Notes under the pieces: generated by a model
Told to the model about the DNA's origin: nothing
Database searches by the model: none
The model's input: the letters and a program-made list of their open reading frames with translations, nothing else
Assembly (NCBI GenBank): GCA_051439425.1
Contig: JBFRWD010000128.1
Coordinates: 1 to 12,540 of the forward strand
Reading direction: 5' to 3'
Length of the DNA stretch: 12,540 bases
Origin: Synechococcus sp.
Lineage (GTDB): Bacteria > Cyanobacteriota > Cyanobacteriia > Thermostichales > PCC-7336
Translations under genes and position numbers: made by a program
In this document: one piece after another, positions 7,717 to 12,540 of the stretch
Numbering within the stretch: position 1 is the first letter of the stretch
Layout: each line of letters opens with the position of its first letter

Positions 7717-7820
7717 AGCAATCCGCTCTAAGATCTGGAGGGTTGAGACAGCTAGAATCCCATATTGGCAAGGAAAATTACTTGGGAAACCCTCCATAGC
7801 GGATTGCCGAACGCCATATT
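7717..7820. repeat. Repeat R2: 104-nt internally palindromic element (MITE-like or recombination-site-like)
   Basis: Preceded by TAT, giving a TATAGC end. Perfect inverted arms GCAATCCGCT(7718-7727)/AGCGGATTGC(7798-7807) and TGGAGGGTT(7736-7744)/AACCCTCCA(7788-7796). It abuts and overlaps the nusB stop codon. Confidence 0.9.
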
Positions 7821-8685
7821 AGCGCTCGGTATAGGAGTTGGAAATGCGCCGCAAGACCCCATTCACGAATGATGCCGACTCATCGCTTCCGTAAGCTTTA
7901 GCCAACTCTACCGCTTCGTTAATGGCAACCCTCTCGGGAACGGTTTCGATCACGTCCATTTCAACGACCGCAAGCCGAAGAATATTTTGTTCGATGCGGC
8001 CAATCCGCTTGAGATTCCAACCCACCAGCGACTCTTGCAGTCGTTCATCAATAGTACTTTTGTGCTCGTGAACGCCGGTCAAAAGTTGGCGTGAGTAGGC
8101 TTGGACATCGGGGTCGCCAGCTAAGTGGACAAATTCGGGTAGAGCGATCGCCGAGCCCACACGATTGATCGCGGCGCCAGCCAATTTCACAGACTCCGCC
8201 ATTGTGGTGCGGGCAGACTGCAATCGGCTGTCAAAATCTTCGACAGATTGTGTGGCTGAGTCAACCGCCGTTCGCACCTGACCGGCAAACCCCAGCAACT
8301 CACTCAGCATGGCGCTGGCGGACATTTTGGTCGGGTCGGCAGATCGGAGTGCTGTTTCAATCTTGCTAATTTGCTGCCGCACTTGCTTGAGCCGAGCCAG
8401 CTCCAACCGCTCGCCCTCGGCTTCCCGCCGTGTGGTCGGAGAATCTTGATTCGGTGATGCTTCCAGCGCTACGGGTAACGATAGTTGCGATTCGTTCAGT
8501 AGCCGCTCGCTGCGATCGACCCCCTCTCCAGCAACCTCCAAACTCTCTCGGGCTTCTTCCGACAGCGATCGCACAGCCGCAAGAATATAATCCTCTAACT
8601 GCTTTGCAGCCAGCTTTTGGGGGGATGATGGCAGTTGACCAATTGCCAGCAGAGCGAGTTCTCGCGCGACGCGCCTGGGTTGCAT
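7819..8685 (-). CDS. nusB: Transcription antitermination factor NusB, cyanobacterial type with a long helical insertion (288 aa)
   Basis: N-terminal MQPRRVARELALL and C-terminal GWNLKRIGRIEQNILRLAVVE...VAINEAVELAKAYG...FVNGVLRR. Start placed at ATG 8685, not 8799. Confidence 0.92.
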   Translation of the reverse strand: MQPRRVARELALLAIGQLPSSPQKLAAKQLEDYILAAVRSLSEEARESLEVAGEGVDRSERLLNESQLSLPVALEASPNQDSPTTRREAEGERLELARLKQVRQQISKIETALRSADPTKMSASAMLSELLGFAGQVRTAVDSATQSVEDFDSRLQSARTTMAESVKLAGAAINRVGSAIALPEFVHLAGDPDVQAYSRQLLTGVHEHKSTIDERLQESLVGWNLKRIGRIEQNILRLAVVEMDVIETVPERVAINEAVELAKAYGSDESASFVNGVLRRISNSYTER

Positions 8686-8856
8686 AAAAGGTGGGGGAGC
8701 GAATAGCTTTGCTATGCTATCAGGCTGCGGAGCTCTGCGGTGACGGCGCAATCGGTAATTTTTAGGAGGGGTTTGTGAGGCTGACGTTAGGGACGCCATC
8801 TCTCAACACATATGCTGCAGTAAGCTTTCAGGCGAGCCCCTTTTTCCGTCACATTC

Positions 8857-9189
8857 CTATCCAACAGGAGCTTGCAAGTGAGGTTGTAGCCGAGCCACTA
8901 AGTCTTGAGGTTGCAATACCCCCTCAATGCGATCGGCTGGCTGACCGTTTTTAAACAGGATGACTGTTGGTAATGCCTCAATTTGCCATTGGGATGCGAT
9001 TTTGGGGTATTTTTCAGTATCGATTTTCACCACCATCAAATTGTCCCCTACTTGCGATTTCACCATATCGAGGATCTGAGCCATGATTCGGCAAGGACCG
9101 CACCAGTGGGCATAAAAGTCGACGAGGACGGGAGTTTCCGATGTCTCGATCATGTCGGCAAAACTGCGAAATTGTTGCTTCTGGGCCAC
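8857..9189 (-). CDS. Thioredoxin, probably y-type (TrxQ-like)
   Basis: PVLVDFYAHWCGPC active site. The KQQFRSFADM N-terminus and KIDTEKYP...ALPT segments resemble y-type thioredoxins. GTG start. Confidence 0.92.
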   Translation of the reverse strand: MAQKQQFRSFADMIETSETPVLVDFYAHWCGPCRIMAQILDMVKSQVGDNLMVVKIDTEKYPKIASQWQIEALPTVILFKNGQPADRIEGVLQPQDLVARLQPHLQAPVG

Positions 9190-9479
9190 GGTAAACTCTT
9201 CCGAGACTACTCTTATCGTTCATGCTATCCCTTGCTTTTGATACATCCCCAGGCTAATTGCGATCTCTTAAGCTCGTCCTGACCGGCTGCCCACTACTCG
9301 CTAAAGGAGTGCAAGCGTCTGCAGGTGATATCGCTTAGGATTGGGTCGGTGCAAAGTGTGGCGCCCGATTTATTCCAGATATGCCGTAACAGTGTTGCTT
9401 TGTTACCCCCCCATCAGGGATGGTTACTAGCCTCTGTCATTGCTCAATCGTCTGGTAGCTACCGGAGCACTATTTCAAT

Positions 9480-9533
9480 CAGTCCCTACTCTCTATCCAG
9501 CTCTTAATCTTTTTCCAGTCCTTAATCTCTATA
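9480..9533 (+). repeat. Imperfect tandem repeat, 3 x 18 nt, upstream of sppA
   Basis: CAGTCCCTACTCTCTATC / CAGCTCTTAATCTTTTTC / CAGTCCTTAATCTCTATA. Confidence 0.7.
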
Positions 9534-9574
9534 TCGACCTAACTTGCGAACCTAATTCCCTAGATTCACAAACT

Positions 9575-10741
9575 ATGCAGACGAATCGGATTCTGGCCCT
9601 AACGCTGATTGTTGCGTGTTTCTTCGCTGCAATTGTGGCTGCTCGACAACCCTTAGCCGTTGCCCCTCCCCAAGAGAGTATTTCTCCCCCTAGCTTGAAC
9701 GGTGATTTTATTTCTCGCGTTGCCAGCGATCGCATTGTAGTTGTGGCACTGCAGGGGGCTATTTCTGGAGACGCATTGGGAGTGACGGGAGCTAGTGCCC
9801 TAGCTGAGCGTCTGCGCAAATTGGCTGACAACGATCGCGTTAAAGGCGTGGTGCTGCAAATCAACAGTCCTGGCGGCACTGTGGGAGCCAGTCAGGAATT
9901 ATATCGGGCAGTAGAAAAAGTACGGGAAGAAAAACCGATTGTGGCTACCGTTACAGATGTGGCCGCTAGTGGCGGATACTACGTTGCCAGTGCCACTGAC
10001 GAGATTATCGCTAACCCTGGAAGCTTGATCGGTAGCATCGGTGTTATTATCCAGGGCTTCAACGCCGCCCAGCTCCTAGAGAATATTGGAGTCGATCCCC
10101 AAACCATCAAAACAGGTCCCTACAAAGATTTGCTTTCCCCCACCCGAGCGCTAACCCCAGACGGACGGCAGTTGTTACAAGACTTGGTTGATAACTCCTA
10201 CGGCCAGTTTATTGGGGCTGTTGCTCAAGGACGGCAAAATTTGCGCGCGGACATCCATAAGGTTTTGGATGAAGCTGCGATCGCCAAGCGGGAAGCCATG
10301 ACTGAAGCGCGAGTGCGCACGTTTGCCGATGGCCGCGTGTTTACGGGAGAACAAGCCTTTGACTCCGGTCTAATCGATGCGTTGGGGGGGATAGACATAG
10401 CCGTCGGGCATTTGCGAACTTTGATTGGCAATGCCGATATCCAAGTGTCGAGAGACTTACCCGACTTGAATGTGTTTTGGGATATTTTCCGGTCGCAACT
10501 GTCTGCCAGAATGCCTACTCTCGGTACTTGGTTGACTCCTCTGCAATCCAATTCGCGACATACCAATCCCCTGCGATCCAGTATTTCATTTCCGTCCTCA
10601 TCCGCCTTCCGCCTGAACGACCTGACAACGGCTCTAGCTGGCTCTCAGTTGTCCCCTAGCCAAATAGACTTATCCAGCCCTACGCCATCTGTGGCCCCAT
10701 TGTTGTGGCAGTCCGACGTCTTACCAGCAGGTATTCACTGA
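9575..10741 (+). CDS. sppA: Signal peptide peptidase SppA (S49 family, single-domain type)
   Basis: N-terminal TM segment, then INSPGGTVGASQE, DVAASGGYYVA, GSIGVI, KTGPYKD and ADGRVFTG...GLIDALG. Start placed at ATG 9575 (MQTNR). Confidence 0.9.
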   Translation: MQTNRILALTLIVACFFAAIVAARQPLAVAPPQESISPPSLNGDFISRVASDRIVVVALQGAISGDALGVTGASALAERLRKLADNDRVKGVVLQINSPGGTVGASQELYRAVEKVREEKPIVATVTDVAASGGYYVASATDEIIANPGSLIGSIGVIIQGFNAAQLLENIGVDPQTIKTGPYKDLLSPTRALTPDGRQLLQDLVDNSYGQFIGAVAQGRQNLRADIHKVLDEAAIAKREAMTEARVRTFADGRVFTGEQAFDSGLIDALGGIDIAVGHLRTLIGNADIQVSRDLPDLNVFWDIFRSQLSARMPTLGTWLTPLQSNSRHTNPLRSSISFPSSSAFRLNDLTTALAGSQLSPSQIDLSSPTPSVAPLLWQSDVLPAGIH

Positions 10742-10759
10742 TGGGGTTGAGTTGAACGC

Positions 10760-11704
10760 GTGGCTGCTACTCTTTTGCGGTTATATGCATTGTTGTTGAC
10801 GGTGTCTCTTTGCGGAGCGATCGCTCAGCGACTGATTCCCCCCAAATTGTCACGTTACATCGGCCCGGAACCTCTGGGTCGCTTTATGTTTTGGGTCGGC
10901 GTCCCCCTCAGCTTGATGGGGTTTATGCGTCAGGCAGAGATTCCCCCCATCGATTTCACGTTACCGGTAGTTGTCGGTACCACGTTGGTGGTGGGATGGG
11001 TTGGTGCCGGTGTGTTGCTGAGAGTACAAGGGACAACACGGTCTCAAGAAAGTCGGGGTAGCTTCAAGCTGGCTGCCATGATGGGCAACACCGGATATCT
11101 GGGATATCCGGTCTGTTTAGCAGTTGCTGGCAGCAGCATGTTTGGCTGGGCGCTTCTCTACGACCTCACCGGAACCATCTTGGGGACCTACGGGCTGGGG
11201 GTATGGTTGGCCAGCCGCCACGGGCGCAGTCGCCATCTGTCCTGGCAGATGTTAACTCTGAGGCTCCTGCGAACTCCTGCACTTTGGGGATTTGTACTTG
11301 GGGCAGCACTGAAGCCGGTCTCACTCCCCCTGTGGCTCGAACGCTCGATGGGGAGCTTTGCCTGGGGAATTGTTGGGCTCAGTCTGGTGATTATTGGGAT
11401 GCGATTGGCTCAATTGCGCCACTGGAATCATTTACCCGCCATTGCTCCCGCCATCGCGATTAAGTTAATTGCGTTGCCACTGGCGATCGGGTTTTTAGTG
11501 CATACGATGCCGCTGACCCCTGCCGTACGTTTAGTCTTAATCCTGCAGGCGGGTATGCCATGTGCATTTTCGACGTTAATTCTTGCGGAGGAGTACCGTC
11601 TTGACCGAGATGCCTCTGTAACGGCAATTGCCACAAGCTCGATCGCATTCCTACTAACATTACCGATCTGGATATTGATGTGGGGACAAGAGGTGGTTGG
11701 CTAA
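10760..11704 (+). CDS. AEC (auxin efflux carrier) family membrane transporter
   Basis: Multiple hydrophobic helices, GNTGYLGYPV and LQAGMPCAFSTLILAEEY. Starts 18 nt after sppA, so probably co-transcribed. Confidence 0.88.
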   Translation: MAATLLRLYALLLTVSLCGAIAQRLIPPKLSRYIGPEPLGRFMFWVGVPLSLMGFMRQAEIPPIDFTLPVVVGTTLVVGWVGAGVLLRVQGTTRSQESRGSFKLAAMMGNTGYLGYPVCLAVAGSSMFGWALLYDLTGTILGTYGLGVWLASRHGRSRHLSWQMLTLRLLRTPALWGFVLGAALKPVSLPLWLERSMGSFAWGIVGLSLVIIGMRLAQLRHWNHLPAIAPAIAIKLIALPLAIGFLVHTMPLTPAVRLVLILQAGMPCAFSTLILAEEYRLDRDASVTAIATSSIAFLLTLPIWILMWGQEVVG

Positions 11705-11887
11705 GCAACGCTAACCTGATACGACCGAACAGTTGGACACCCAGAAACCTAACCAGCCAGAGCCGTAACCCAAAAGCCCATATGTCCCAATTAAAGGAAG
11801 CAGGCAGACGGAACTCACACTATAGGCCAAGAGAGAGCTAAACCTGCAGCCCAACAGCTTAGGGCAGAGTAAAATAAGCCTGCGTTA

Positions 11888-12079
11888 CTAGTAGGCAAGA
11901 GTCGCCAAAGTTTCCTTCAGGTAAAGGTGCACGAGTTTATCCAAAGAGCTGGAGCCGCGCTCTCCGTTCTCAAGCTCTTGAGATTGCCGCCATTCCTGAA
12001 AACCCGAACTTTCAGCAATTGCCTGCCGAAGGGGGTTCCACACGGTCCGCATGTTCTGTTCGGATGCAGTTAAAGCCAT
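11888..12079 (-). CDS. Small conserved cyanobacterial hypothetical protein (63 aa; alternative start at 12052)
   Basis: The pattern W..LRQAIAESSGFQEW...LDKLVHLYLKETLATLAY resembles a small cyanobacterial protein family I recall ending in ETLxTLAY. Function unknown to me. Confidence 0.7.
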   Translation of the reverse strand: MALTASEQNMRTVWNPLRQAIAESSGFQEWRQSQELENGERGSSSLDKLVHLYLKETLATLAY

Positions 12080-12443
12080 ATTGCAAACTTTTGTTAACGT
12101 GCCGGACAAGTTCAAGTTAGTCCGCTTTTCGCATATTGCCAACGAACAACCCGTTGATTGGAGGCAAGACGTCTATCGAACTACTCTCTACAGTAAAAGG
12201 TTTTTTTCGGGCTCTGCAAGAGTAATTCGATACAGTTCGCTAAAATTCGGATAAAATCATTCCTCATTTTTAAGCGTTTTTACCCTGACAGCCTGTTCCA
12301 GTCCCGCTCGGCCGGATCTATCCTTTGTTATCTGTTGCAGAGGGGAGGGCCGTCGCTGCATCTCAAAATTGAATCATCGATACTTGTGTCAGGGGCTATC
12401 GATCCGGATAGCGCTTGCGAGAACGGCGTTGCATACTGTAGTA

Positions 12444-12540
12444 ATGAAATGCCCTAGATGCGAATCGAGCAATTGCTCCAAGAATGGTCACAAGGATGGC
12501 AAGCAGCGCTACATCTGCAAGCAATGTCGCCGCCAATTTG
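12444..12540 (+). mobile_element. Start of an IS1-family (InsA-type) zinc-ribbon ORF, truncated by the window end
   Basis: Translation from ATG 12444 gives MKCPRCESSNCSKNGHKDGKQRYICKQCRRQF, matching CPxC-x6-KNG-x3-GKQxYxCKxCxRQF. It is absent from the ORF track because it is incomplete. Confidence 0.8.

Larger units (their letters stand above)
491..10824. repeat. Dispersed HIP1 octamers (GCGATCGC)
   Basis: Exact copies at 491, 2326, 3763, 6978, 8144, 8565, 9726 and 10817, plus many CGATCG cores. This is far above chance for an 8-mer in 12.5 kb. Confidence 0.9.

Noticed and set aside
6702..7820. R1/R2 as a CRISPR array or classical integron attC sites
   Set aside because: Only two 104-nt units about 1 kb apart, no cas or intI gene in the window, and I do not see the RYYYAAC/GTTRRRY ends of attC.
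8686..8799. 38-aa N-terminal extension of NusB
   Set aside because: Family similarity begins at MQPRRVARE; the upstream part is probably intergenic or promoter sequence.
9440..9574. 45-aa N-terminal extension of SppA
   Set aside because: It starts at TTG and runs through the 18-nt tandem repeat. The ATG at 9575 directly precedes the TM segment.
11705..11887. Recurring AACC/AGCC words between the AEC gene and the small ORF
   Set aside because: No fixed period, consistent unit or strong hairpin; low-complexity intergenic sequence.

Overview
A cyanobacterial chromosomal window: at least 8 exact HIP1 octamers (GCGATCGC) plus cyanobacteria-typical genes such as pipX, a psb35-like gene, a dual-domain PTPS and a y-type thioredoxin. 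Gene order: tRNA-Pro(CGG) (-), Psb35-like small membrane protein (+) with a perfect HLR1/RpaB box, pipX (-) without the usual pipY, dual-domain 6-pyruvoyl-tetrahydropterin synthase (+), purH (-), MerA/Lpd-like flavin disulfide reductase (+), mtnP (+), a ferritin-like diiron protein (-), nusB (-), thioredoxin (-), sppA (+), AEC-family transporter (+), a small conserved hypothetical protein (-), and the truncated start of an IS1-type zinc-ribbon ORF (+). The most unusual structure is a ~1 kb single-gene cassette between the convergent mtnP and nusB. It encodes a distant aldehyde-deformylating-oxygenase-like diiron protein and is bracketed by two 104-nt, internally palindromic direct repeats (6702-6805 and 7717-7820, 79/104 identical with no gaps by hand count) that overlap the stop codons of both flanking genes. 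The core of the same repeat appears to recur just downstream of the tRNA-Pro 3' end. All protein calls come from motif recognition and memory, not database searches.
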